The translations under genes were made by a program, and so were the position numbers. Positions 30,358 to 44,279 of a stretch of 64,000 bases of DNA are shown here, piece after piece. The notes under the pieces were generated by a model. It was not told where the DNA came from and made no database searches. It saw nothing but the letters and a program-made list of their open reading frames with translations. The stretch comes from the human T2T-CHM13v2.0 reference genome, Homo sapiens: NCBI RefSeq assembly GCF_009914755.1, contig NC_060928.1, one strand, 5' to 3'. Each line of letters starts with the position of its first letter. Position 1 is the first letter of the stretch.

Positions 30358-30627
30358 GGCTGGGTGCCATGGCTCATGCCTGTAATCCCAGCATTTTGGG
30401 AGGCAAGGCAGGTAGATTGCTGGAGCTCAGGAGTTTGAGAACAGCCCAGGCAACACGGAGAAACCCCATCTCTACAAAAAATACAAAACTTAGCCACACA
30501 TGATGGCACACACCTGTAGTCCTAGCTACTGCAGAGGCTGAGGTGGGAGGATCGCTTGAGCCCAGGAGGTCAAGGCTGCAGTGAACTGTGATAGTGCTAC
30601 TGCACTCCAGCCTGGGTGATAAAGACC
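30358..30627 (+). mobile_element. AluJ lacking its poly-A tail
   Basis: gaggtgggaggatcgcttgagcccaggaggtcaaggctgcagtga (J-type diagnostics). Confidence 0.92.
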
Positions 30628-30729
30628 ATAGTGACTACGGTTAAGGCTTTGTATTTTGTCTGTGTAGGAAGTGCTCATTTGTTGTTGTTGTTGTTTTGTT
30701 TGTTTTAATTAAGGAAAGGACAAAAATAG

Positions 30730-31145
30730 AAGTGAGTGTAAAGACCATGGAATCTGAGGGATATTCCCTCCAATCCATTTCTGTCCCTTTTTTTTTTTTT
30801 TTTTTCCCTGTAGTGAACACTGAGAGGCTGACTTCTATGGACCATATCATCCAGACCAGTTGGGAAGCAAAAGCCAGGTAAATTGAGGCAGGTTGTTAGA
30901 GACAGATAATTTATTTCCTGGGCTAACTCCTGCCTAATTGTGGTCTAGCCAGTGGCTACTTTCCTCATCAAATGAAACTTCTCTTAGGCAGCATCTCTCT
31001 TCCAGGATTTTATCTCTTACTGGGTCATGGTAATATCATTTAATTCTCTTGCTCCATCAACTCTGTGGATAAAATGGTGTCCTGCTGATACTAGTCTCAG
31101 AGTGCTTCACCATCCCATTTTTTATTTACTTAACCCCATAAATAC
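30730..31145 (+). mobile_element. Second LTR33/LTR16-like ERVL LTR remnant
   Basis: gaggctgacttctatggaccatatc; tttatttcctgg; cctgctgatactagtctcagagtgcttcaccatccc. Confidence 0.5.
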
Positions 31146-31149
31146 TTAT

Positions 31150-31710
<561 letters not shown>

Positions 31711-31909
31711 GTAGAGTAAAAGCCTTCCATCAATTCCAGTTATTCCCTCCTATTCTTTGTGCAATTTTTGTTATATATTTTACTTTTACATATGTTATAC
31801 AAGTACAATATATTGTCATTATTTTTTCTTTAGTTAAACCCCATTGATTGTGCAATATCTCTTGCCAAGAGCACTGATACATTGTCCCAAGACCTCCTCT
31901 TCTTCATAA

Positions 31910-31976
31910 CTGTACTGTTCAATACATAAGCTACTAGCCAAGTGTGACTAATTAAATTAAATTAAAATTCACTTTC
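31910..31976 (-). mobile_element. MER3 left part (split by L1)
   Basis: ctgtactgttcaatacataagctactagccaagtgtgacta...aaaattcact matches the MER3 reverse complement. Confidence 0.7.
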
Positions 31977-34900
31977 TGTTGAAGACAAGAAGGATAACTG
32001 GAAGGATGACCAGAGCCAGGAAGCACTGCTTCCAATGAGACAGACCAAAATATAGAGTAAACCAACATACTTTGGCAGATCTTTGGATAGAGAACACTGA
32101 CAGTCAATGGAGAGCTGACACAGAAACCAAGGCTGAAGAGAAAGAAAGCTGAAAACCACATGTGGGGTACACAAATGCTAGGGCTACCTGAATGGCTCTA
32201 GGGAAAGAGGCGAGTTAAGGGAAGGATGGACAGCCCATTCTTGCCACAGACCTCTGGGATCCTAGCTAAAGGTCACCCTGTATCTACCACAGACATTTGA
32301 ACTGGCAAAAAGATCTTCCCAGAGAGTGGGCAGAGACAGGGCTTCAGCCAGTGAGAAGCCCAGAAGCTTTTGTGCATGGAGCAGCTGTGGCGGAGTGCGG
32401 CCATAGCTTCCAATGCCCCAAGGTTCCCCATCTCCGTCCAAGTATCTCTAGTCCCAGCTGACAGCTGGTCCAGGAGAGAGTGAGGCTGACCTCTCTGCAG
32501 GACTGGGGCACATCTGTTGCATAGGCCTTCCTGCTCACTAGCCACTCCTAGGGCCCCTGCCTGGCCACCCCACAGAAAGGGGTGCACAGCACAGCCTCCA
32601 CTGCCTAGCCTGGGTATTTTGCTCTACCCAAGGACTTTTCTGGAATCCTGGGAGCACTTTCCTGGCAGCTAGAGCATCATTCACAGGGTCCAGAGGACAG
32701 AGGTGTGGCCTGGTTCCAGCACCCCAGGGTTGCAGCATGCAGCTCGGGAATATTGAGCCAAGATCTGTGGCCAGCACTTGAGTTGGGAAAAAGGCCCCGC
32801 TCTCAGAGCACAGAGAGGGGTGAGGCACATGGGTTCACTGGCCAGCATGGGAGCAGGGCATCCCTCCCAATGCAGGGCCAGTAATGAAAAGGTATGTTCT
32901 GTCTCCTTGCTGAGATCTCTGCTCTGGAGAGCCAAGCAATCTGGAACACCTAACAAAAGAAATATGACTGTGTCACCAGTGACTGAAGGGGGCTCCTCCA
33001 AGGCCCAGAAGTAGACCAGGTAAGGGTGTCATTTGTCTTCCCTGCACACTACAGAGCACTGCTTGCAACACAAGGAAATACAAAAGAGCCTCTAAAGGAA
33101 GTAAGACCCCCTCTGCTGGCCATTACTCTTAAGCACCATCTATTGGATCATAGCCCAAACTACAGTGCTAAAAATATTCTGCCAATATAGACCCATGTGA
33201 CACAAAGAGCAAGAATCTATAAATAAATAAAATAAAATAAAATCCTAGACAGAGGGCTGGCCCTCTGAAAATACTTAAAATAAAGACAATTGGCTATACT
33301 CAGCTTACAATACAGTTAAAAAGAACACCAGCCCTCTCAAATGAGAAAGAATCAGCTTAGGATGTCTGGCAATTCAAAAAGCCAGTATCCCCTTACCTTC
33401 AAATGAGCCCACTAGCTTCCCAGCAGTAGTTCTTAAACAGACTGAATGAATGAAATGACAGACATAGAATTCAAAATCTGAATGACAAGAAAGCTTATTG
33501 AGAGCCAAGAGAAAGTTGAAACCCAATCTAAAAAATCCAAGTAATCTAGCAGAAAAATCCAAAGGCTGAAAAATGAACTAATCATTTTAAGAAAGAACCA
33601 AACTAAACTCTGGAACTGAAAAATTTACTACAAGAATATCAAAATACAATTTGAAGTATTATTAGCAGAATAAACCAAGATGAGGAAAGAATCTCATAGC
33701 TTAAAAATCACTTCTTTAAATAAAGTCAGAAAAAAAATACAGAAAAAAGAATTTTTGGAAATGAACAAAACCTCTGAGAAATATGGGATTATGTGAAGAG
33801 ACTAAACCTATGACTCACTGGCATTCTTAAGAGGGAAGGAGAGAAAATAAGCAACTTTTTAAATATTTTGGAGGGCATAGTCCATGAAAATTTTTCTGTT
33901 CTCACTACAGAGCTTGACATACAAATCCAAGAAATATAAAGTACCCCTGCTAGATACCATACAAGTTGACCACCCCTCAAGTACAGTTATCAGATTCTCC
34001 AAGGTCAACGTGAAAGAAAAAAAATCTTAAAGGCAGCTAGAGAGATGAGTCAAGTTATATACCAAGGGAACCCCCATCAGGCTAACAGTAGATCTCTCAA
34101 CAGAAACCTTACAAGACAGAAGATATTGGTGGCTTATTTTCAGCATCCTTAAAGGAAAAAAATTACAGCCAAGAATTTCATATCCTGCCAAACTAAGTTT
34201 CATAAGTGAAGGAGAAATAAAATCCTTCTCAGACAAGCAAACACTAAAGGAATTCATTATAACTAGACAAGCTTTAAAAGAGGTCCTTAAGAGAGTGCTA
34301 AACATAGACATGAAAGAATGACACATACTAACACAAAACACACTTAAGTATATACCCCACAGACACTATAAAGCAACTACATAATCAAGTCTACAAAACA
34401 ACCAGCTAACAATAAGATGACAGGATCAAAATCTCTAATGTCAGTCCTAACCCTAAATGTAAATGGTCTAAACACCCCATTTAAAAGACAGAGTCACATA
34501 CTGGATAAATAGGCAAGACCCACCCATCTGCTGTCTTCAATAGACCCATCTCACATGTAGTGATAACCACAGGCTCAAAGTAAAGGGATATAGAAAGATC
34601 TACCATGCAAATGGAAAACAAAAGAACAGCAGGAGTCACTATTCTTATATCGGATAGAATATATTTTAAACCAATAACAATTAAGAAGGACAAAGAAGGG
34701 CATTACATGATAAAGACTACAATTCAACAAGAAGGCTTAACTATTCTAAATATATATGCACCCATTGGAGCACCCAGATTAAAAACAAAACAAACAAAAA
34801 GACAAGCTCTTCTTGACCTATGAAAAGACTTAGCAACAAAATAATAGTAAAACATTTCAAGACTCCACTGATAGCATTACACAGATCATTGAGGCAGAAA

Positions 34901-37065
34901 ACTAACAAAAAAATTCTGGACTTAAATGTGACAATCAATTGAAACTAATAGACATCTACAGAACACTCCACCCAAAGATCACGGAATATACATTCTTCTC
35001 ATCTGCACACAGAACATATTCTTTAAAATGGACCAAATGTGGCTCATAAAGCGAGGATCAATAAATTCAAAAAAACAAAATCATACCAACCACACTCTCA
35101 GAACACAAAAAAATAAAAACAGAAATTACTATCAAGAAGGTCTCCCAAAACTACACAAGCACATAGAAGTTAAACAACTTGCTCCTGAATAATTCCTGAA
35201 TGAACAACAAAATTAAGGCCAAAAAATTATTAGAAATTAATAAAATTGGGGACACAACTTACCAACATTTCTGGGACGCAGATTAAGCATGTTAAAAGTT
35301 TATAGCACTAAATGCTTTCATCAATAAGTTAGAAACAAATTAACAATCTAACTTTGCATGTCGAGAAACTAGAAAAAAAACAACAAACCAGCCAACCCCA
35401 AAGCTATAAAAAAAAAAAGGAAAGAACTAAAATTAGAGAGGAACTGAATTAAATTGAGAGGCAAAAATCCATGCAAAAGATCAACGAAACCAAGAGTTTT
35501 TTCTCAAAAGAATAAGAAAGATTGATAGACTACTAGCTAGATTAACAAAGAAAAAAATATTTAAATAAGTGCAATGAAAAATGGCAAGGATGGTATTACT
35601 CCCAATCCCACAGAAATATAAAAGATTATCAGAAACTACTGTGAATAACTCTAGGCACAACAATTAGAAAATACAGAGGATATGGATAAATTCCTGGAAA
35701 GACACAGCCTCCCAAGATTGAACCAGGAAGAAGGTGAAAACCTGAAAAGAACAATAAGAAGTCCCAGAAATTTAATCAGTAATAAAAAGAAACCTGATAA
35801 CAACAACAACAACAAAAAATTGCTGGACAAGATGGATTCACAGCCAAATTCCAGCAGACATACAAAGAAGACCTGGTACCAATTCTGCTGAAACTATTCC
35901 AAAAAACTGAGAAGTAGGGGCTACTCCCTAACTCACCCTATGATGCCAACATCAGCTTGATACCAAAATCTGGCAGAGACACAGTGAAAAAGAAAACTTC
36001 AGATCAATCTCCCTGATGAACGTAGATTCATAATCCCTCAAGGAAATATTAACAAACAAAATCCAGTGGCACACTAAAAAGTTAATACACCACAATCAGG
36101 TAAACTTGCTTCCTGGGATGCAAGACTTGTTCAGCAAATACAAATAAATAAATGTTATTCACTACATAAACAGAATTAAAAGCAAAAATCATATGATCAT
36201 CTCAATAGACACACACAAAAAAATATTTCAATAAAATCCACCATCCCTTCATCATAAAAACCCTCAGCAGATTAGGCATCAAAGGATCTACTCAAAATAA
36301 TAAGAGCCATCTATGGCAAACCAACAGCCAATCTCATACTGAGTGGGCAAAAGCTGGAACCATTCTCCTTGAAAACTGGAACAAGACAAGGATGCCCAGT
36401 CTCACAACTCCTATTCAACATAGTACTGGAAGTCCTAGCCAGAGCAATCAGGCAAGTGAAAGAAATAAAAGTTATTTAAACAGGAAAAAAAAAGTAGTAA
36501 AACTCTCTCTTCGTAGATGATATGATTACATACCTAGAATACCCCCACAGTCTCTGCCCAAGTGCTCCTGGAATAAAATAAATGACCAGTAAAGTTTCAG
36601 GATACAAAATCAGTGTACAAAAATCAGTAGCATTTCTGTACACTAATCATGGTCAAGCTGAGAGTCAAATCAATAATATAATCCCATTTACAATAGCCAC
36701 AAAAAATGAAATACCTAGTAATATGTCTAAAGGAAGTGAAAGATCTCTATAAGGAGAACTAAAAAACACTGCTGAAAGAAACCAGAAATGACACAAATAA
36801 ATAGGAAAACATTCCATGCTCATGGATTGGAAAAATCAATATTGTTAAAATGGCCACCACACTGACCAAAGCAATTTACAGATTCAATGCAATTCCAATC
36901 AAACTACCAGCATAATTTTTCACAGCATTATACAAAAGTATTTAGAATTACATTTGGAAGCAAAAAAGAGCCCCAATAGCCAAAGCAATCCTAAGCATAA
37001 AGAACAAAGCTGGAGGCATCACAATACCTGTCTTTAAGCCTATAGTACCAAAACAGCATGGTACA

Positions 37066-37100
<35 letters not shown>

Positions 37101-38455
37101 GATACATAGATAAATGGATCTATATCCACAGTAGAAAACCCAGAAATAATCCTGCTCACCTACAATCATCTGATGATCTACAAAGCTGACAAAACAAGCA
37201 ATGGGAAATGATTCCTTATTTAATAAATGGTGCTGGGATAACTGGCTAGCCATATGCAGAAGAATGAAACTGTACCCCTACATTTTACCATATATAAAAA
37301 TTAACTCAAGATGGATTAAAGATTTAAGTGTAAGATGTCAAATTATAAAAATCCTAGAAGAAAACCTAGGAAGTACCATTCTCAATATCAGCCTTGGCAA
37401 ATAATGTTTGGCTAAGTTCCCAAAAGCAATGACAACAAAAACAAAAATTAGTAAGTGAGACCTATAAAGAGTTTCTGCACTGCAAAATAATCAACAGAGT
37501 AAACAGGCAACCTACAGAATGAGAGAAAATATTCACAAACTATGCATCTGACAAAGGTGAAATATCCAGAATCCATAAAGAACTTATCAACAAGCAAAAA
37601 ATAAATAATCTCATAAAAAATGGGCAGAGAAACTAAACAAACACTTCTCAAAAAAAGACATACAAGTGGCCAACAAACGTGTGAGAAAATGCTCATTATT
37701 AGTCATCAGAGAAATGCAAGTTAAAACCACAATATCTCATACTAGTCAAAATGGCTATTATTAAAAAGTCAAAAATAATAGATGCTGAGTAGACTATGGA
37801 GAAAAGGGAATGCTTATGCAGTGTTGGTGGGAATGTCCATTAATTCAGCCACTGTAGAAAGCAGTTTGGAGATCTGTCAAAGAATTTAAAACAGAGCTAC
37901 AATTTGACCTAGAATTCCCATTATTGGGTATATACCAAAAGGAAAATAAATCAGTCTACCAAGAAGACACATGCATTTGTATGTTCACCACAGTGCTATT
38001 CACAATAGCAAAGACATGGGATCAACCTATGTGCTCATCAGTGGTGGACTGGATAAAGAAAATGCAGTACATACACACCAAGAAATACTTCACATCCATA
38101 AAAATGGATGAAATCATATTCTTTCCAGCAACACAAATGCTGCTAGAGGCCATAATCTTCCGTGAGTTAATGAAGAAACAGAAAACCAAATACCACATGT
38201 TCTCATTTATAAATGATAGCTAAACAATGGTTACACATGGAAATAAAGATGGGAACAACAGACACTGCAAACTACTAGAAGGGGTAGGGAAACGAGGAGG
38301 GAGAATGGATTGAAAAACTTCATGTTGGGTACTATGCTCACTACCTGGGTGATGTGATCCATACCCCTAACCTCAATATCATACAATATATCCATGTAAC
38401 AAACTTGCACAGGTACCTCTTGAATCTAAAATAAAAGTTGAAATGAAAATAAAAA
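31977..38455 (+). mobile_element. Full-length (about 6.5 kb) L1PA15/16-like element, ORFs disrupted
   Basis: GC-richer 5'UTR at 32.0-33.3 kb; ORF1 about 33.3-34.3 kb; ORF2 start atgacaggatcaaaa...ctaaatgtaaatggtctaaac; 3'UTR gggtactatgctcactacctgggtgat...gaatctaaaataaaagttgaaa. Confidence 0.9.
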
Positions 38456-38588
38456 AAACACTTCCTTAGTTATACTGGCTACATTTCAAGTACTCAGAAG
38501 ATACATGCGATAGTGATCATCTCACCATACACTGCAGAATGAATGGAGTGTTTCTATTGTCTCAGAAAGTGTTGTTGAGCAGCCCTGT
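38456..38588 (-). mobile_element. MER3 right part
   Basis: cttccttagttatactggctacatttcaagtactca...cagaaagtgttgttgagcagccctg. Confidence 0.72.
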
Positions 38589-38827
38589 TGTAAAAGCAGG
38601 TTGTGGTCATATAGACTTCAGTATAATAAACCTTATTGAATTTTACCTTCTTTGTATTGACTCATAGTAACTTTACAAAGTGATATATTTATTGTTGCTT
38701 AAATATGATACTTGAGGTAATTTTCTTAGTTTACTTTAGGATTTGTACATAGCAACCATTAATCTCCTGTGAGAAATGCGTAAGAAATATCACGCTTGCA
38801 AATTCCATTCTTAAAATCTATTGATTT

Positions 38828-39227
38828 TATATGAGTCAGTTCACCCACTGCTATATAAAGAAATAATTGATACTTGGCAATTTATTTTAAAAAGAGGCTT
38901 AATTGGCCCACAGTTCCACAGGCTATACAGGAAGCACATAATGGCATCAGCTTCTGGTGAGGCCTCAAGGAACTTACAATCACGGAGGAAGGCAAACAGG
39001 AGTGAGGAGCTTCATATGGCCAGAGCAGGAGGGAGAGAGAGAGCAGGAAGGTGCCACACAATTTTAAATGACCAGATGTCATGAGAGCCCACTCACTCAT
39101 GATGATAGTACCAAGGGAGAAATCTGCCCCCATGATCCAATCACCTCCTACAGGCCCTACCTTCCACACTGGGGTTACAATAACTCAATGTGAGATTTGA
39201 GCAGGGACACAGATCCACACCATATCA
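38828..39227 (-). mobile_element. MSTA/MSTB MaLR solo LTR
   Basis: ggcatcagcttctggtgaggcctcaagg...gtgccacac...cagggacacagatccacaccatatca. Confidence 0.9.
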
Positions 39228-39298
39228 AGATTTAGTAAAATGCTTTATTTCTCACTGATGTGAGATTAAATTGACATATATATATATGTCATTTTTAA

Positions 39299-39617
<319 letters not shown>

Positions 39618-40562
39618 TAAACTTTGTGTTCTATGAAGAAATTTGTAAATGTTTCCTTTCCCCTTTGGGGATTCTATCATTCATAGATAATTTGCAAGTA
39701 AAAAATTGACAACAGTCAGTAACAAAAACACCAGATAAAGAGAAAACCAATTAGCGGACAGCTATATTTCTTGAAAAGCAATATGTAATTAATACATATC
39801 TGTTAATGTTTCTTCTATTTATAAATATTTCTCAATACTTTAAATCATTTACAAAGGGTTCGTATATTTAAAATTTTGATAAGAACATAATTTTAATATA
39901 AAATCAAAATAAACAAAAATATTTTATAAAACAGAGTTTAAAAAAATCAAAAGATGCTTTTTTTGGAAAAAAATTAAAATCTAGCTTAATATTTTAAAAA
40001 TTTAGAAAAATAACTCATATACCATTTCCATTGTCTTTTAACATTCAAAAATGAAGAAGCATTTTTAATATTCTTCTTAAAAATGAAGTTTAACTTTATC
40101 ATAAATTCTGTCAGGACAGATGAAATGCTACTGTATAATAACCTTAGATAATAATTTGCTATCTACTTTTGCATTCTGCTTCAAGATCAAACTCATTGTT
40201 CATATGAACACTTTCTGTGAAAGATTTACCTTAACACAAAAGATTCACTGTAACCATAAATGACATATATGAGGGTGATCATTTTTAATAACAATAAAAC
40301 AACTTTGTGCTATGTCTGCTGAATATCCAGAACGTTATTAGGCACTGTCAGGTATGCAGGAAGCACTGAGGAAATAGCTTTGTGGCAGAGTTAAGACTTA
40401 TAAAACAGGTTCTATTTAGCAATTGGAATAACACAATATCACACATAAACATGTGTGGCATAAATAACTTCAACATAATTTTCAGCATGAATGAATCAGT
40501 ATATTTTGGGGAGGAAATTTTTACTGAGAAGGTGAGATTAGAGTGGTGGATTGAAAATGCAC

Positions 40563-42505
40563 AGGAGTTCATGATTTGGCTCTCTGCTTGTCTATTGTTG
40601 GTGTATAGGAATGCTTGTGATTTTTGCACACTGATTTTGTATCCTGAGACTGCTGAAGTTTCAGCTTAAGGAGTGGGCTGAGACAATGGGGTTTTCTAAA
40701 TATACGATCATGTCATCTGCAAACAGAGACAATTTGACTTCCTCTTTTCCTATCAGAATACGCTTTATTTCGTTCTCTTGCCTGATTGCCCTGGCCAGAA
40801 CTTCCAATACTCTGATGCATAGGAGTGGTGACAGAAGGCATCCTTATCGTGTGCCAGTTTTCAAAGGGAATGCTTCAAGCTTTTGGTCATTCAATTTGAT
40901 ATTCAACTTCTTCCTTGTTTAGTTTTGGGATGGTATATGTGTCCAGAAATTTGTCCAGTTCTAGATTTTCTAGTTTATTTGCATAGTGGTGTTTATTGTA
41001 TTATCTGATGGTAGTTTGTATTTCTGTGGGGTCAGTGGTGATATCCCCTTTATCATTTCTTATTGTGTCTATTTGACTCTTCTCTCTTTTATTCTTTATT
41101 AGTCTAGCTAGTGGGGTATCTATTATATTATTTTTTTTTCAAAAAAACCATTCAGTATGATATTGGCTGTAGGTTTTCATAAATAGCTCTTATTATTTTG
41201 AAATATGGTCCAGGAATAACTATTTTATTGAGAGCTTTTAGCGTGAAGGGATACTGAATTTTATCAAAGGCCTTTTCTGTACCTGTTGAGATAATCATGT
41301 GATTTTTGTCATTGTTTCTGTGTATGTGACGGATTATGTCTATTTATTTGCTTATGTTGAACCAGCCTTGCATCCCAGAGATGAAGCCAACTTGATTGTG
41401 GTGCATAAGCTTTGTGATGTGCTGCTGGATTTGGTTTGCCAGTATTTTATTGAGGATTTTTACATCGATGTTCATCAGGGATATTGGTCTAAAATTCTCT
41501 TTTTTTGTTATGTCTCTGTCAGGTTTTGGTATCAGGATGATGCTGGCCTCATAAAATGAGTTAGGGAGGAGCCCTTCCTTTTCAATTGTTTGGAAAAATT
41601 TCAGAAGGAATAGTACCAGCTCCTCTTTGTACCTCTGGTAGAATTTGACTTGCGAATCCACCTGGTCTTGGGTTGTTTTTGGTTGGTAGGCTATTTAGTT
41701 GTGCCTTAATTTCAGAACTTTTTATTGGACTATTCAGGAATTCAACTGCTTCCTTGTTTAGTCTTGGGAGGGGATATGTGTCCAGAAATTTATCCAGTTC
41801 TTCTAGATTTTCTAGTTTATTTGCATAGTGGTGTTTATTGTATTCTCTGATGGTAGTTTGTATTTCTGTGGGGTCAGTGGTGATATCCCCTTTAGCATTT
41901 CTTATTGTGTCTATTTGATTCTTCGCTCTTTTCTCCTTTATTAGTCTAGCTAGTGGGGTACCTATTATATTAATTATTTCAAAAAACCAGCTCTTGGATT
42001 CATTGATTTTTTTGAAGAGTTTTTCATGTTACTATCTCCTTCGGTTCCACTCTGATCTTAGTTATTTCTTGTCTACAGCTAGGTTTTGGATTTGCTTGCC
42101 CTTGCTTCTCCAGTTATTTTAATTGGGATGTTAGGGTGTCAATGTGAAATCTTTATAGCTTTCTGATGTGGGCATTTAGTGCTATAAATTTTCCACTTAA
42201 CACTGCTTTAGCTGTGTCTCAGAGATTCTGGTATGTTGTCTCTTTGATTCATTGGTTTCATATAACTTCTTGATTTCTACCTTAATTTCATTATTTACCC
42301 AGGAGTCATTCAGAAGCATGTTGTTCAATTTCCACATAGTTGTGTGGTTTTGAGCGAGTTTCTTAATCCTGAGTTCTAATTTGATTGCACTGTGGTCTAA
42401 CAGACCGTTTTTAGGATTTCAGTTCTTTTGTATTTGCTGAGGAGTGTTTTATTTCCAATTATGTGGTTGGTTTTAGAGTAAGTGTCATGTGGCACAGAGA
42501 GGAAT
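40563..42505 (-). mobile_element. Inverted 5' part of an L1PA (about PA7-PA10) ORF2
   Basis: Minus-strand RT peptide at 41344-41661 ([12 protein letters not shown]...[20 protein letters not shown]). Confidence 0.92.
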
Positions 42506-42790
42506 AACTACCTTAAAATTCATATGGGACCGAAAAAGAGCCTGCAAAGCCAAGACAATCCTAAGCAGAAAGAACAAAGCTGGAGGCATCATGCTACCCG
42601 ACTTCAAACTATACTACAAGTCTATAGTAACGAAAACAGCATGGTACTTGTACCAAAACAGACATATAGACCAATGCAACAGAATAGAGACCTCAGAAAT
42701 AACACCACACATCTTCAACCATCTGATCTTCAGCAAACCTGACAAAAACAAGCAATGGGGAAAGAATTCTCTATTTAATAAATTGTGCTG

Positions 42791-42900
42791 AGGTCGTTTG
42801 AACCCGGGAGGCAGAGTTTGCAGTGAGCCAAGATTGTGCCACTGCACTCCAGCCTGGATGACAGAGCAAGACTCCATCTCGGGAAAAAAAAAAAAAAAGA
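42791..42900 (+). mobile_element. Heavily 5'-truncated Alu (3' part of the right arm)
   Basis: tttgaacccgggaggcagag...actccatctc plus A-tail; imperfect TSD ending gtgctg. Confidence 0.88.
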
Positions 42901-43768
42901 AAAGGTGCTGGGAAAACTGGCTAGCCATTTGCAGACAACTGAAATTGGACCCCTTCCCTATACCTTATACAAAAATTAGCTCAAGATGGATTACAGACTT
43001 AAATGTAAAACCCAAAACCATAAAAACCCTAGAAGAAAACTGAGGCAATACCATTCAAGACATAGGCATGGGCAAAGCTTTTATGATGAAATCACCTAAA
43101 GCAGTTGCAACAAAAGCCAAAACTGACAAATGGGATCTAATTAAACTAAAGAGCTTCTGCACAGCAAAAGAAACTATCATCAGAGCTAACAGGCTACCTA
43201 CAGAATGGGAGAAAATTTTTGCAATCTATCCATCTGACAAAGGTCTAATATCCAGAATTTACAAGGAACTTAAACAAATTTACACAAAAAAACAAACAAT
43301 CCCATCAGAAAGTGGGCAAAGTATATGAACAGGCACTTCTCAAAAGAATACATTTATGTAGCCAACAAACATGAAAAAAAGCTCAACATCACTGATCATC
43401 AGAGAAATGCAAATCAAAACCACAATTAGATACCATCTCATGCCAGTCAGAACGGCAATTATTAAAAAGTAAAAAGACAACAGATGCTGGTGAGGCTGTG
43501 GAGAAATAGTAACACTTTTTACATTGTTGGCGGGAATGTAAGTTAGTTCAACCATTGTGGAAGACAGTGTGGTGATTTCTCAAGGATCTAGAACCAGAAA
43601 CACCATTTGACCCAGTGATCTCATTACTGGGTATATACCCAAAGGAATATAAATCATTCTATTATCAAGATACATGCATGTATACGTTTTCTGCAGCACT
43701 ATTCACAATAGCAAAGGCATGGAACCAACTCAAATGCCCATCAATGATAGACTGGATAAAGAAAATGT

Positions 43769-43779
43769 GATAGACAGAC

Positions 43780-43824
<45 letters not shown>
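43769..43824 (+). repeat. GATA(GACA)2(GATA)11 tetranucleotide STR inside L1
   Basis: Read directly. Confidence 0.97.
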
Positions 43825-43826
<2 letters not shown>

Positions 43827-44035
43827 GATATATACATACCATGGAATACTATGCAGCCACAAAAAGGAATGAGATCACGTGTTTGCAGGGACGTGGATGA
43901 AGCTGGAAGCCATCATCCTCAGCAAACTAACATGGGAATAGAAAACCAAACACCACATGTTCTCACTCATAAGTGGAAGTTGAATGATGAAAACACATGG
44001 ACACAGGGAGGGGAACAACACACACTGGGGTCAGT

Positions 44036-44225
44036 TGGCAAGGCCTCTGAGAAAAGGGAATGCTTACACGCAGTTGGTGGGAATATATATTAGTACAATC
44101 TGTATGGAAAACAGTATGGAGATTGCTCAAAGAACTAAAAATGTAACTACCATTCAACCCAGTAATCCCACTACTAGGTATGTACCCAAAGGAAAATAAA
44201 TCATTATGTCAAAAAGATACATGCA
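44036..44225 (+). mobile_element. L1PB/L1MA-like ORF2-end fragment
   Basis: gagaaaagggaatgcttacac...tatggaaaacagtatggagatt...aaagatacatgca. Confidence 0.8.
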
Positions 44226-44229
44226 ACTG

Positions 44230-44279
44230 AATTGGAGCATTTATGATTCCAAATTTTGATTAGGGATGCTCAACCTGTA
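44230..44279. mobile_element. Tigger4/MER46 terminal fragment
   Basis: gattagggatgctcaacctg plus TA is the reverse complement of the TIR CAGGTTGAGCATCCC with a TA target. Confidence 0.72.

Larger units (their letters stand above)
42506..44035 (+). mobile_element. Sense 3' part of the same L1PA, with the 3'UTR cut short
   Basis: ORF2 peptides [20 protein letters not shown] and [16 protein letters not shown]; 3'UTR ends at acacactgggg. Confidence 0.92.

Noticed and set aside
31977-38455. Potentially active full-length L1
   Set aside because: ORF1 and ORF2 are broken into short fragments by many stops and frameshifts.
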